A DNA stretch of 64,000 nt from an uncultured Candidatus Poseidoniales archaeon (GCA_905181715.1 CAJIYT010000022.1:26466-90465); one strand, 5' to 3'; positions 43,488-54,022 are shown, numbered from the stretch's first letter. The notes: a model not told the origin generated them from the letters alone. Made by a program: numbers and translations.

Positions 43488-44591
43488 ATGGATTTAGATA
43501 AACACGATTTTGAACTAGATAAGTTGATTGAATCTATCAAATCAAACGATAACCGTCTCATCGCATTACAAGTCCCTGAAGGCCTAAAGATGCAAGCGCT
43601 TTCAATGATGGATTCGATAGAGGATGAAACCTCAGCACAGGTGGTTCTTGCTGCTGACCCCTGCTATGGAGCCTGTGATCTAGTGCACGATAAAATGCGC
43701 ATGATGGGAGTGGAGTTGGTTGCTCACATGGGGCATAGTCAGATGAATATCGACTCGGGAATGCCAACACATTTCATCAATGTAACCTACGATGGCGACC
43801 CCGAATTGTCGCCAGTATTACCGATTCTTGAAAAACATCGAGCCATGGCGCAAGTGCGCTTAGAACAACAAGATGGTTCTTTGAGCGAAAAAGAGGCTCA
43901 AGATAGATTCCTCGATGCTGTTGGCCGTGTTGCACCTTTGAAGGGCAATAAATTAGGTTTAGTTGGAAGCATTCAGCACCTTCACTTGATTTTTGAGTTC
44001 AAGGAGAGATTGGAAAAAGCTGGATTTGAAGTTGAAGTACCGGTTGGTGGTGATAGACTAACTTTCCCAGGGCAGGTACTTGGATGTAATTATTCAGGTG
44101 ATAACGATACTATTGGCCATTATCTATTCCTTGGGAGTGGCGATTTCCACCCGATTGGACTGGTTATGCACACTGGTAAACCATTGGCTTTGCTAGACCC
44201 ATATACCGGCGATTCATCAGAGATGTCACTAGAGAGGATCGAGCGTATCTTAAGACAACGATTCGGATTGATAATGGCTGTGCAAGATGCGCAAACATTT
44301 GCCATACTGATCGGTGAAAAACCAGGACAAATGCGTAGAACTCTAGCCTTGAGAATGAAGAAGTTGCTGGCTAAGCACGGCAAAAAGGGCTATTTATTAG
44401 CTCTCGAACATATCAGCCCCGATTTGATCAGTTTCTATCCAGTAGATGCTTACGTGAATACCGCCTGCCCAAGAATAGCTATCGACGATTCAGTTCGCTA
44501 TGACAAGCCATTGATTACACCGTTTGAACTCGAGGTTTCCTTGGGTGAAAAGAAATGGGAGACTGGCTATCAATTCGATGAAATTCCTTGA
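43488..44591 (+). CDS. dph2: Diphthamide biosynthesis protein Dph2 (ACP-histidine synthase)
   Basis: LQVPEGLK, PCYGACD, GQVLGC, GDFHP, TACPRIAIDD. Confidence 0.95.
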   Translation: MDLDKHDFELDKLIESIKSNDNRLIALQVPEGLKMQALSMMDSIEDETSAQVVLAADPCYGACDLVHDKMRMMGVELVAHMGHSQMNIDSGMPTHFINVTYDGDPELSPVLPILEKHRAMAQVRLEQQDGSLSEKEAQDRFLDAVGRVAPLKGNKLGLVGSIQHLHLIFEFKERLEKAGFEVEVPVGGDRLTFPGQVLGCNYSGDNDTIGHYLFLGSGDFHPIGLVMHTGKPLALLDPYTGDSSEMSLERIERILRQRFGLIMAVQDAQTFAILIGEKPGQMRRTLALRMKKLLAKHGKKGYLLALEHISPDLISFYPVDAYVNTACPRIAIDDSVRYDKPLITPFELEVSLGEKKWETGYQFDEIP

Positions 44592-44665
44592 TTAAGGCAT
44601 AACCACGGTTATTTTCCTGAGACACTGATAGAAAGAAACTTTCAACTCAATTACCTGCGCATCCT

Positions 44666-47647
44666 ATGCGACGTAGTGGATGGGCTGTACCCCTCTTCGC
44701 TTTCTTAGTACTAATTCTGCCTTCCTTTTCTACATTGCAGGATTCTGGAATTATTCTTCATTCCGGCTCCGAGGATGACCCATGGGAGTACATTCACAGC
44801 CTAGATAGCGGCGCAGATGATCATGGTTACGGCATTGCTGTTGATTCATCAGGCAATACCTATGTCACCGGTTCATTCAGCGGTGAAAATATAACTTTTG
44901 GCGCTACAACCTTGACCAATACATTAGTTGGAACCTCGGATGTATTCATTGCAAAATTAAGTGAATCTGGTCTCTGGTCATGGGCACTTTCAGCGGGAGG
45001 AATCTCCAATGACTGGGGTGCTGACCTCACAGTAGCAACAACTGGCGAAATATATGTCACAGGAGCATTTACAACAACACCTGATGATATTAATGAAGAC
45101 GGAAGATCTGCTTCTTTTGGCCCAGATGAACTTATTGGCGCTGGTGAAGCCGATATATTCGTGGTTAAAATTAGCAATAGTGGCACATGGGAATGGGCAC
45201 TTGCAGCAGGAGGTGAGGGGGAAGATATTGCTTCAGGCATAACTCTGGATGATACTAATCTACCATACATCAGTGGAAGTTTTACCGGCACATGGGCCGA
45301 TTTTGATGGCACAAATCTCAGCGGTGATAATGGCATAGATCACGATTTATTCGTAGCTCGCCTGACACCAACCGGATTCTGGGTTTGGGCTTTAGAAGCA
45401 ACTGGTGACGGTGATCAGGTTGGACAATCCATAGCTATTGATTCGTCGGGTAATGCCTATGTCACTGGCTTTATCGAAGGTAATTCAACATTTGATTCAA
45501 CTCTAACTCAATGTAAAGGAAAGGATGTATTCATTGCCAAAGTGAATAATGGTGGAACTTGGGGCTGGGTCGAACATATCGAAGGAGATGGCGATGATTA
45601 TGGCAGAGGGTTAGCAATCGATTCTGAAGATGGAATTCATATCACAGGCCAACATTCTAACTACTCTCAATTTGGAATGGTCAATCTCACAGCAGGGTTT
45701 GGCCCAGAGGTTTTCGTCGCCAAAATCAGTAACACTGGTACTTGGCAATGGGCAGTCACAAGCATTAGTTCTAGCCTATCACTCGAAGGTGAAGAGGGTA
45801 ATGAGGCTAAGGCTATCGGTATCGATGCAAGTGGAGATCTCCACATCACTGGAACATTCCAAGCACAGATGACTCTCGGAACAATGGACCTGATTAGCAA
45901 AGGTCATGATGATGTGTTTATTGCTAAACTCAATGACCGTGGCTCGTGGTTGAGTTCGAGCACAGCAGGTGGATTATCAAATGAAAGTGCTAACGACATC
46001 GCAGTGGATAGCAGCGGAGTTGCCCGGATAATTGGTGATATCGATCTCTCAATAGAATCTGCTGATTTCGGCCAGTTCTCAATTAGCCCCTCTGGATCTT
46101 CCTCCGATATTTTTCTCACAAGCACCTGGGCCGATACCGATGAGGATGGTATTCGCAATTCATTTGATGATTGCCCAACCGTCCCGGGTACTTCGGATAA
46201 AGGAGGCATCGATGGCTGCCCAGATGTCGATGGTGACGGATGGGATGATGATAGCGATGAATTCAAATTCGATTCAAGTCAATGGAATGACTCCGATGAT
46301 GATGGTTATGGAGATAATTGGGCAGACTCTCTACTCAATGATTCACGGACTAATGGTACTGGTCAATGGGTAGAAAATGCCAGCAATGTCGACCATTGCC
46401 CCGAATATGGTGGAACATCTACCATAGATAGACTTGGATGCTTAGATACTGATGGTGATGGTGTGAGTGACCCTGATGCTGATTGGAATGTAACCGATGG
46501 TGCTGATGCTTTTGCGAACGATTCAAATCACAGTTCCGATTTAGACTTAGATGGAATACCAGATGGGCTCGATGAGTGCCCTTCTATAGCAGGAAATTCA
46601 ACTGGTGGCTGTCTCGATTCCGACGGCGATAGTATCCCGGATTCACTTGATGATTTTCCGCTTAATGCCAGTGAATGGAGCGATAGTGATAACGACGGTT
46701 ACGGTGATAATTCCGATGCTTATCCTGAAAATAGCGCTGAATGGGCTGATACCGATGGAGATGGTTTTGGAGATAATATCGACTCTTTCCCAACTAATTC
46801 TACCGAATGGAGCGATAAGGATCTTGATGGTGTTGGCGATAATGCCGATGCATTCCCCACCAACAGTTCAGAATGGATGGATAGCGATGCTGATGGCTTT
46901 GGTGACAATGCCGATGCTTTTCCCTTTGACATGGAGGAATGGTCCGACCTAGACATGGATGGAATCGGCGATAATGGTGATGAATTCCCATTGAGTAATC
47001 TTGGCGACTTGGGTGGTGATGTTGGTGATGTCAATCCGAATGCTACCGAAAATGAAACCGCTAATGAGGATGAAAAAGAGAGCTTTATTGATAAAATAGA
47101 TGAGCAACTGAAAACTGATGAAGGGATGATTACGGTTATTTTGATTATTGGCTTATTGATTTCATTTGTAGTAATCGTCAAAGTCCGTGGTAATTTCTTC
47201 AAGCAATCCATGCGCTATATTGCCGAAACTAATACACGCGCAGAACTCCGTGAAGCAAAAGGCATGGTCAAGAAAGGTCTCGCATTAGAGAAAATCGATC
47301 GCGAGAAGTACATTATCCTTACAAAAGCGATTCAAATTCGTAAGAAACTGATGAGTGGTAGACGTGCAAGGGCTAGTGGAGCCGCTGAATTAATACATAC
47401 AATCAGTCGTAAAAGCGGGGCATATCACCCAGTTGATGAAGCTGTACACTCCGGGTGGGAATCTCGATTCGCCAAGGCAGTTAGAGATGATTCCTATGAA
47501 GTAGATGAGAAGGGAAGCACCTGGTGGAAAGATGGCAAAGGTAACTGGTGGTTCCGACAATCCGGGCGTAGTGATTGGATTCGATCATCGAGGAACCGCT
47601 TCTTTGGGACGACTTCCAGATTCAAATCAGCACTACGACGAAGGTGA
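44666..47647 (+). CDS. Cell-surface protein: SBBP beta-propeller repeats + thrombospondin type 3 repeats + TM + cytoplasmic domain
   Basis: About 7 repeats of IAVDSSGN.YVTG.F / DVFIAK..G.W.WA; many DxDxDGxGDNxDAFP..EW Ca-binding repeats. Confidence 0.9.
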   Translation: MRRSGWAVPLFAFLVLILPSFSTLQDSGIILHSGSEDDPWEYIHSLDSGADDHGYGIAVDSSGNTYVTGSFSGENITFGATTLTNTLVGTSDVFIAKLSESGLWSWALSAGGISNDWGADLTVATTGEIYVTGAFTTTPDDINEDGRSASFGPDELIGAGEADIFVVKISNSGTWEWALAAGGEGEDIASGITLDDTNLPYISGSFTGTWADFDGTNLSGDNGIDHDLFVARLTPTGFWVWALEATGDGDQVGQSIAIDSSGNAYVTGFIEGNSTFDSTLTQCKGKDVFIAKVNNGGTWGWVEHIEGDGDDYGRGLAIDSEDGIHITGQHSNYSQFGMVNLTAGFGPEVFVAKISNTGTWQWAVTSISSSLSLEGEEGNEAKAIGIDASGDLHITGTFQAQMTLGTMDLISKGHDDVFIAKLNDRGSWLSSSTAGGLSNESANDIAVDSSGVARIIGDIDLSIESADFGQFSISPSGSSSDIFLTSTWADTDEDGIRNSFDDCPTVPGTSDKGGIDGCPDVDGDGWDDDSDEFKFDSSQWNDSDDDGYGDNWADSLLNDSRTNGTGQWVENASNVDHCPEYGGTSTIDRLGCLDTDGDGVSDPDADWNVTDGADAFANDSNHSSDLDLDGIPDGLDECPSIAGNSTGGCLDSDGDSIPDSLDDFPLNASEWSDSDNDGYGDNSDAYPENSAEWADTDGDGFGDNIDSFPTNSTEWSDKDLDGVGDNADAFPTNSSEWMDSDADGFGDNADAFPFDMEEWSDLDMDGIGDNGDEFPLSNLGDLGGDVGDVNPNATENETANEDEKESFIDKIDEQLKTDEGMITVILIIGLLISFVVIVKVRGNFFKQSMRYIAETNTRAELREAKGMVKKGLALEKIDREKYIILTKAIQIRKKLMSGRRARASGAAELIHTISRKSGAYHPVDEAVHSGWESRFAKAVRDDSYEVDEKGSTWWKDGKGNWWFRQSGRSDWIRSSRNRFFGTTSRFKSALRRR

Positions 47648-47706
47648 TTTTTGCAATTGATATCGCCCGTATGTTCAATAACGGTAGGCAGGAACGTGAC
47701 TCTGAT

Positions 47707-48891
47707 ATGGCAGACTATCTCGACAGAATCGGTTCCGGGCTCGTTCTCACACGACCTGAGGTTTTTGGCTTTGATTACATTCCTGATGAAATAGTTGGGC
47801 GGGAAGATGAAAAACGTGAATTAGCAAGTATGTTCATTGGTTTGGCTCACCGCGAAGGTACGGCAAGAGCGGTTGTTACTGGCCCAGTTGGTAGCGGTAA
47901 AACCGCGTTGGTCAAAACTTTCTGTCGTGACATCATTAGACACCTCGTAGGCAAAAGAGATGTCATGTCGGTTCATATCAACTGTAGAAATGCCAATACT
48001 GCAACTAGGGTAGTTCAACGAATCATCCAGCATATGGATAAAGGTCATCCCCATCGTGGTTTGGCTGCTGATGAATTACTATCGAGTATTAGACGCCTGA
48101 TTCAAAGTTCTAATCGACATATGATTCTAGTCCTTGATGAAGTCGATCATCTGCTACGCCATTCCGGAGATGACCTGCTCTACAAATTATTGCGTTTAGA
48201 CGAGGATCAAGACAGTATTGGTACCCTCTCACTAATAATGATCAGCCAGGAACAGGTTCTTGATTTACTAGAAAGTGCTGTAATCTCACGTATGGGGCAC
48301 TCCAGTCATCTTAGACTTTCATCCTATTCTGAATCTGGTTTACTCAAGATTGCTCAACAACGCTGTGAATTAGGATTGACAAATGGTTCTTGTTCAGAAG
48401 AAATACTAGGTTTAGTCTCTCAATCAGCAGCTGCTACGGGTGATGCTCGTAGAGTGATGGAGTTACTCGAAGGAGCGGCAAAGCGCGCTGAATCTTCTGG
48501 CCGTGGCGAGATCTTGCCGAAAGATGTACAAAAAACAGTTCTTACTCTACCGACCAATGTTGACTCTGATAATATTATCGAACTTCCTTCCGACTGTATG
48601 CTCATTCTAATGGGAATCAGTCGACGGCTCAGAAGAAGCGAAAGTTTGACCAGTGGCGAGGCTGAAAATCTCTATCATGTGGTCTGTGAAGAGTATGACC
48701 AGAAGCCCAAAGGTCATACTACAGTTTGGAAGCATATCAAGCATATGGCCGACCTCGACATCATTGCCACAAAGTACGATAATGTCAGTGGCGGCAGGGG
48801 TCGAACCCTGCACATCTCGATGCCGCACATGCTTCCTTCTGATGTTCAAAGACGGGTTGAGACCTTCATTAAGAAGAGACTGCGCCGCTGA
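47707..48891 (+). CDS. cdc6: Orc1/Cdc6 replication initiator
   Basis: FDYIPDEIVGRE, GPVGSGKT, HINC, LVLDEVD, GDARR, C-terminal wH with GGRGRT. Confidence 0.92.
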   Translation: MADYLDRIGSGLVLTRPEVFGFDYIPDEIVGREDEKRELASMFIGLAHREGTARAVVTGPVGSGKTALVKTFCRDIIRHLVGKRDVMSVHINCRNANTATRVVQRIIQHMDKGHPHRGLAADELLSSIRRLIQSSNRHMILVLDEVDHLLRHSGDDLLYKLLRLDEDQDSIGTLSLIMISQEQVLDLLESAVISRMGHSSHLRLSSYSESGLLKIAQQRCELGLTNGSCSEEILGLVSQSAAATGDARRVMELLEGAAKRAESSGRGEILPKDVQKTVLTLPTNVDSDNIIELPSDCMLILMGISRRLRRSESLTSGEAENLYHVVCEEYDQKPKGHTTVWKHIKHMADLDIIATKYDNVSGGRGRTLHISMPHMLPSDVQRRVETFIKKRLRR

Positions 48892-48962
48892 AGCGTGAGA
48901 GTGGCGCCCCGATGGGGCTATATACACGGCCTATCTCGCCAACTCGTTCAAGAGTTGATTAT

Positions 48963-49445
48963 ATGGCAGAAGATTCAGGTTTTATCGCAGTGGTTAACGA
49001 CACTGACCCCGCCAATAATGGCGCTTCATACAATATGTCCATTAGTGGCAATAACCAATCTCAATTCCTTGGTAAGAAAATCGGAGACATTGTCGACGGA
49101 ATATTTGTCGGCGATGGTGAAACAATCCTATCAGGTTACAAGTTACAGATTACCGGTGGCTCTGACAAGACTGGAACACCTATGCGAAGTGATATCGATG
49201 GCGGAGTCAGGAAACCAGTTCTCGTCACGCAGTCAGTAGGCTACAAAGGTCATGATTTAGTCCTGAAAACCAAGAAAGGTGAGAAGAAGCGTTTCCGCTA
49301 CAAGCCAGCTGGTATGAGAAAACGCCGTAATTTCCGCGGCAACACCGTCACCCAATACACCCGTCAAATCAACCTAAAGGTTGTAGAGGCAGGAAATAAG
49401 TCGCTAAGCGATATCCTGACCGCAAATGGGGAGAGCACTGAGTGA
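48963..49445 (+). CDS. rps6e: 30S ribosomal protein S6e
   Basis: FLGKKIGD..DG, YKLQITGGSDKTGTPMR, G.RKRR..RGN, QINLKVV. Confidence 0.95.
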   Translation: MAEDSGFIAVVNDTDPANNGASYNMSISGNNQSQFLGKKIGDIVDGIFVGDGETILSGYKLQITGGSDKTGTPMRSDIDGGVRKPVLVTQSVGYKGHDLVLKTKKGEKKRFRYKPAGMRKRRNFRGNTVTQYTRQINLKVVEAGNKSLSDILTANGESTE

Positions 49446-49494
49446 AGCCGAGAGGCTGTTTGCTCGAAGTGTATGGAGACTAGGAGGCATGTCA

Positions 49495-50727
49495 ATGAAG
49501 CTTCCAGCCCAACCCGTAATCAACATCGGTTTAGTTGGTCATGTAGATCACGGAAAAACCACTCTTACTCAAGCGCTTTCAGGGGTTTGGACCGACACTC
49601 ATTCCGAAGAACGCAAGCGTGGAATCTCGATTAAACTAGGTTACGCAGACACCGCATTTTACAAAACACCTGATGGCGATTATTATCCCTCAGGCCGACG
49701 ACCTGATGGCAGTGCTGATGTCGAGAAGGAATTACAACGAGTAATATCATTCGTAGATGCGCCAGGTCACGAGACTTTGATGGCGATAATGATTACTGGT
49801 GCTTCGATTATGGATGGAGCATTGTTAATGGTCGCAGCCAATGAGACATGCCCGCAGCCACAAACCAATGAACATCTAATGGCTCTTGAGATTGCAGGAA
49901 TCAAGAAGATAGTGGTAGTCCAAAATAAGATTGACTTAGTCACTAGTGAGAAAGCGATGGAATCATATAACCAAATTAAACAATTCCTCAAAGGAACAAT
50001 TGCTGAGAATGCGCCTATTATCCCTGTTTCTGCCCATCATGACGTTAATCTCGATATCTTGATACACGCAATTGAAACCGTGATTACAACTCCAGAGAGG
50101 GACCCTGATGAGAGATCTGTAATGCATGTAGCTCGTTCATTCGACATCAACAGACCAGGTACAAGACCTGCCAAATTAAAGGGCGGTGTAATCGGTGGAA
50201 GCATCGTTCAAGGTAACTTTGCGATAGGTGACGAAATCGTCATTGGACCAGGTAAGAAAATCGGCGAGGGGAAGAAAGTCCATTATGAGCCAATTACCTC
50301 TGTCATCTCAAGTATGAAAGGTGGCGGCCTGGATTTGAAAAATATGCATGCAGGTGGCCTTTGCGGTATTGCCACACCACTCGATCCTTCTATCACCACA
50401 GCCGATAACCTCAGCGGACAAGTGATTTCAAAAGTGGGAGAACTTCCTGAGATATTGAGTGAGGTTTCAATTGACATCACCTTGATGGATAAAATGGTAT
50501 CATCAGAGGGAGAAAAACCCGAAACTGTGATGCCGCTAAGAAATAACGAGATGTTGATGCTAAACGTTGCAACAGCAACAAGTGTTGGCGTTGTAGCGAA
50601 TACTCAAGGCGGTAAGGCAAAACTCAATCTCAGATTACCAATATGTGCCGATAAGGGCCAACGCATCTCTCTATCAAGGCGAGTAGGTGCCAGATGGCGA
50701 CTTATCGGCTACGGCACTATCGAGTGA
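49495..50727 (+). CDS. eif2g: Translation initiation factor aIF2 gamma subunit
   Basis: GHVDHGKTT, RGISIKLGY, DAPGHE, QNKID, RWRLIGYG; AGGAGG SD. Confidence 0.97.
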   Translation: MKLPAQPVINIGLVGHVDHGKTTLTQALSGVWTDTHSEERKRGISIKLGYADTAFYKTPDGDYYPSGRRPDGSADVEKELQRVISFVDAPGHETLMAIMITGASIMDGALLMVAANETCPQPQTNEHLMALEIAGIKKIVVVQNKIDLVTSEKAMESYNQIKQFLKGTIAENAPIIPVSAHHDVNLDILIHAIETVITTPERDPDERSVMHVARSFDINRPGTRPAKLKGGVIGGSIVQGNFAIGDEIVIGPGKKIGEGKKVHYEPITSVISSMKGGGLDLKNMHAGGLCGIATPLDPSITTADNLSGQVISKVGELPEILSEVSIDITLMDKMVSSEGEKPETVMPLRNNEMLMLNVATATSVGVVANTQGGKAKLNLRLPICADKGQRISLSRRVGARWRLIGYGTIE

Positions 50728-50731
50728 TAAT

Positions 50732-51103
50732 ATGCAACGAGTCTTAATCGATGCCTGCGGATGGGTCGCTGTCGTCGAAGCCGGCATCAATATCGATATA
50801 GCGCTTGCAGAGTTGATTGGGCCTGCTGAAATCTGTGTTTTACCTGCGGTAAAAAAGGAGATTGAAACCATCTCTAAAAACGGAGGCAATTCTATGCTCC
50901 TACCCCTCCTTAATGCTAAACAAACCATTGTCGAAGCTGATGCAGAGAGTGGAGATCACCCCGATGATCAATTATTCGATCTGAGTCTCAAGAATAAATG
51001 GAGAATACTGACTATCGATAGATATCTCAAACACAGGCTCGCTGACGCTGGTTTATCGTGGATTGAAGTTCAAGGACGTAAGCGTTTAGTTTTACTAGAC
51101 TAA
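50732..51103 (+). CDS. PIN-domain protein (Fcf1/Utp24-like)
   Basis: VLIDA, V.KE, DD, ILTID..LK; conserved archaeal position after eif2g. Confidence 0.78.
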   Translation: MQRVLIDACGWVAVVEAGINIDIALAELIGPAEICVLPAVKKEIETISKNGGNSMLLPLLNAKQTIVEADAESGDHPDDQLFDLSLKNKWRILTIDRYLKHRLADAGLSWIEVQGRKRLVLLD

Positions 51104-51399
51104 GGCAAAGTGAACAATTCATCATCACCATGGCCATCTAGTAGCCCCAATTTCACTGCAGCATCAATCCAAGCATGTGCGTAATTTATCGCTCCGAATG
51201 CACGTACAAAGTCACCATTATCCTTGAAAAAAATGGCATCTGACGAATAATCATCGGCCATTCTCATCAGGATAGACAATTGCTTTGACTCCTCGCTTCC
51301 CGCCCCGTGTATAGGTGTGGCTTTCGCTCTAGCCTTGCTAGTCAAAGCCAAATAATGATCTAGTTTCTCTTGACTGATCTCTTTTGAATCTACTGTCAT
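51100..51399 (-). CDS. DUF357 family protein
   Basis: MADDYSSDA.FF..GDFVRAFGAINYAHAWIDA...G. Confidence 0.88.
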   Translation of the reverse strand: MTVDSKEISQEKLDHYLALTSKARAKATPIHGAGSEESKQLSILMRMADDYSSDAIFFKDNGDFVRAFGAINYAHAWIDAAVKLGLLDGHGDDELFTLP

Positions 51400-52442
51400 G
51401 TGTCCTCACGCTCTCGTGTCAATAAGCGCTTGACGTCCTCGGTTCTTCCGAGAGTTTGATAGAGGGTTATCGCCAATGAAACTCTCCCTTCTTCCTCAGC
51501 TGTGCGCGCACGCTGGAAAATACGCCTACGTTCATCCCAATCACTCGCTACCTTTGCATCTGCAACCATCTTTTGGATTAATGAATGCTTGAGTGCAGCA
51601 AGATGAGGAGCATTCCAATATCTAAGCAGTCCTTGACGGTTGGCTGTGACCATTGTATCGGGTCCAAGGCCGACTAATAGATGCCCGAGATCTTTTCCTA
51701 ATACAGTGGTTTCCAATTTATCAGGGGTATCTATCCCACTGATATTAGTCATCACACCATCTATTCCCAACAACCACCAACCGTCGCCTCCCCTGATAGC
51801 AGACATCGGCTCTATAGAGGCGTCCTGGATTTTCTCAAGGGAATCCCAACCAAATGGATGAGGTATTCCTTCCCATAGAGATCCATCACTTGACTGTAAA
51901 AGACAACGCCCATCGAACATTCGGCTAACCCAGCTCCAAATCCTCTCTTCCAATACCCTTTGAGAATCTTGTTTTGCTAATCTGGCGCATCGCAGGCGGC
52001 CACCATCATCTTGCCAAAGCAGATGTTCACGGTCGAACCAACCCAATAAACGACGAACTTTTCCGCTAGCTAAACGCCTTAATCCTCTACCTTCTTCGTT
52101 GAACAGATGTAGATTACCCTCACGGCAGGAAAGTATCCAGCCACCTCCAGGGCGTGCCAAAATATCACTGAACCCTCCCCTTGTGCTCCTTCCTTCGGTA
52201 ACTCGCGTGCCATCACTTGAATTTATCACAAAGAAACCATGGCCGCATAATACACCGATTTTACCTGATTGAAATGCCGCTGAATGGATTAAGAACGGCA
52301 TCTCTTGGCGCCAACGTAAATTTGCATCTAAATCCAGTAATTGCAATTCAAGACCAGAGCAAACCACCAAATCATTTCCGGCAGCGACGAGATAGGACAA
52401 TTTGTCCTCTGCTTGCCATGAGTGTGTGACGCTCCAACTCAT
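51396..52442 (-). CDS. Predicted beta-propeller protein with C-terminal helical (TPR-like) segment
   Basis: Trp-rich repeated beta strands (G.L..W patterns), helical C-terminus; ATGA overlaps with both neighbours. Confidence 0.65.
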   Translation of the reverse strand: MSWSVTHSWQAEDKLSYLVAAGNDLVVCSGLELQLLDLDANLRWRQEMPFLIHSAAFQSGKIGVLCGHGFFVINSSDGTRVTEGRSTRGGFSDILARPGGGWILSCREGNLHLFNEEGRGLRRLASGKVRRLLGWFDREHLLWQDDGGRLRCARLAKQDSQRVLEERIWSWVSRMFDGRCLLQSSDGSLWEGIPHPFGWDSLEKIQDASIEPMSAIRGGDGWWLLGIDGVMTNISGIDTPDKLETTVLGKDLGHLLVGLGPDTMVTANRQGLLRYWNAPHLAALKHSLIQKMVADAKVASDWDERRRIFQRARTAEEEGRVSLAITLYQTLGRTEDVKRLLTREREDT

Positions 52443-54022
52443 TGACTCACCTCCAGCATGCCCCAAGCAATTAATTGGGCTCTAGCGTCATTAGTAAGTG
52501 AGAACTTCCTTGAACGGCCCTCCTGGCGAACTTCGAGAAGTCCTGCCCTCTGCAAGTGGTTACAGATTTGAGATAGGCGTGGTCTTTTAACACCTAGGCG
52601 ATCCTGCAATCTTGAATCTGATGGCGAAAAACTTCTCTCTGAAGCCACTTCAACCACAATTGATTCGACCTTTGAAAGATTACGCAGGGTATTGACGTCT
52701 AGTGGAAAACTGATTCTTTCGCCTATAACCGGTTGGCGGAGTGCGGATAACATCTCAGAAAGACGTGCCTTTGAGGCTCTGCTCATCAAATGGAGCATCT
52801 CTTGGAGCAAACCACCGTCATCTGAATATTGATGCTCAGAGGGCCCTTCCTCGTGTATTTCAGATGGAGCGATGAATGGTTCGTCCGCAGTGATATCTTC
52901 ATCTGGAGTGAAATTTTGATCTAACACATCTTCATGGATAGTCTGTTCGATTAGATCTGCTCCTTTGGCCATCCACAACTGAGTACCATCCTCACCATCA
53001 CTCCTTCTTGCATCGCCCTTGGATGGATCTGGCGTTTTATTCTGAGTGACCCTCTTGCTCAGGTTGTTGCGATTGCGCCCTATTAGCCCTGAAAAGGGAC
53101 TCTTTCCTGCCGCTGGAGGCGCTAATACAGGTGGTGGGATTGACATCGGCTCCTGAGCCATCAGTTCCATATCCAATTCGAAATCTGGTATATTTTCTGA
53201 AATCTCATCTACTTGATCCTCGACACTAGGTACCTCTGCAACCACCTCCTCCTGCTCAATAACGGGCTCCTGCGGCAATTTCCTTGGTCTTGAACGCTCT
53301 TCGTCAACCATATCTCTAAGAATGCGAATCACTCTACCAACCTGGCCATTGGTCTTATGCATGACATAAGCAAGCGCCTCAGGGTTCATTTCCCATGATT
53401 CTCTCGAGACTGATTCGATCCTCTTTTGCGCTAATACAGCGATTTCATCCTCGCTTAGTGTCGATATTTTCTCCACGTGATCAAACCTCTCAACTAATCC
53501 TTCAGGCCATTCGAGACGCTGATCTGTAGTAAGTGTGACAACAACCAACGCCTGCATCCTTTCCAGGGCTGAAATCAACCTAGAGATGACCTCGGAGAGT
53601 CCTTTACCATCCGCACTGGAGAAATCAAGAGCTATCAGCGGTATTGGTCCTTCGCTATAAGTGGTCGATTCGACAAGACGGTGGACGATTTGTTGCCTAC
53701 TCGATGGAATGTCGAATCCGACCAATGCAGCATACATCTCATCGAGTATACAACGGGTGTGATCAGCCTCTGGATACATGTCGATATGGACTACTTGTTC
53801 GACTTCTTCGGAAAGACAGCGTAACAAGGAGGTCCTGCCGCTGCCCCTTTCCCCAATTAATAGCGAAAAACGGGCAGCACGCTGATGAAGAAATCTGGCC
53901 CATCTCGCAGATATTACATCCCGGCCCACGAGTAATTGAGACTGCCCAGACTCGAGAGGTCTAGCTTGGAATGGATTCTCCTTGAGTAGAGGCAGTCCAA
54001 GTGTGGGCCTCTCTTCAACCAT
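52439..54022 (-). CDS. Degenerate AAA+ ATPase with acidic linker and C-terminal winged HTH
   Basis: NPF..RPL..LVGRD, GERGSGRT (K->R), LIALDF, TNGQVGRVI; C-terminal LGVKRPRLSQICNHLQRAGLL..EGRSRKFSLT wHTH. Confidence 0.8.
   Translation of the reverse strand: MVEERPTLGLPLLKENPFQARPLESGQSQLLVGRDVISARWARFLHQRAARFSLLIGERGSGRTSLLRCLSEEVEQVVHIDMYPEADHTRCILDEMYAALVGFDIPSSRQQIVHRLVESTTYSEGPIPLIALDFSSADGKGLSEVISRLISALERMQALVVVTLTTDQRLEWPEGLVERFDHVEKISTLSEDEIAVLAQKRIESVSRESWEMNPEALAYVMHKTNGQVGRVIRILRDMVDEERSRPRKLPQEPVIEQEEVVAEVPSVEDQVDEISENIPDFELDMELMAQEPMSIPPPVLAPPAAGKSPFSGLIGRNRNNLSKRVTQNKTPDPSKGDARRSDGEDGTQLWMAKGADLIEQTIHEDVLDQNFTPDEDITADEPFIAPSEIHEEGPSEHQYSDDGGLLQEMLHLMSRASKARLSEMLSALRQPVIGERISFPLDVNTLRNLSKVESIVVEVASERSFSPSDSRLQDRLGVKRPRLSQICNHLQRAGLLEVRQEGRSRKFSLTNDARAQLIAWGMLEVSQ

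Noticed and set aside
46100-47000. Repetitive GATGG/GATAAT-rich DNA resembling an array
   Set aside because: Explained by thrombospondin type 3 protein repeats; no identical repeats with unique spacers, so not CRISPR.
47648-47706. Possible replication origin beside cdc6
   Set aside because: The gap is only about 60 bp with no recognisable ORB or AT-rich unwinding element; the downstream gap holds the rps6e promoter.
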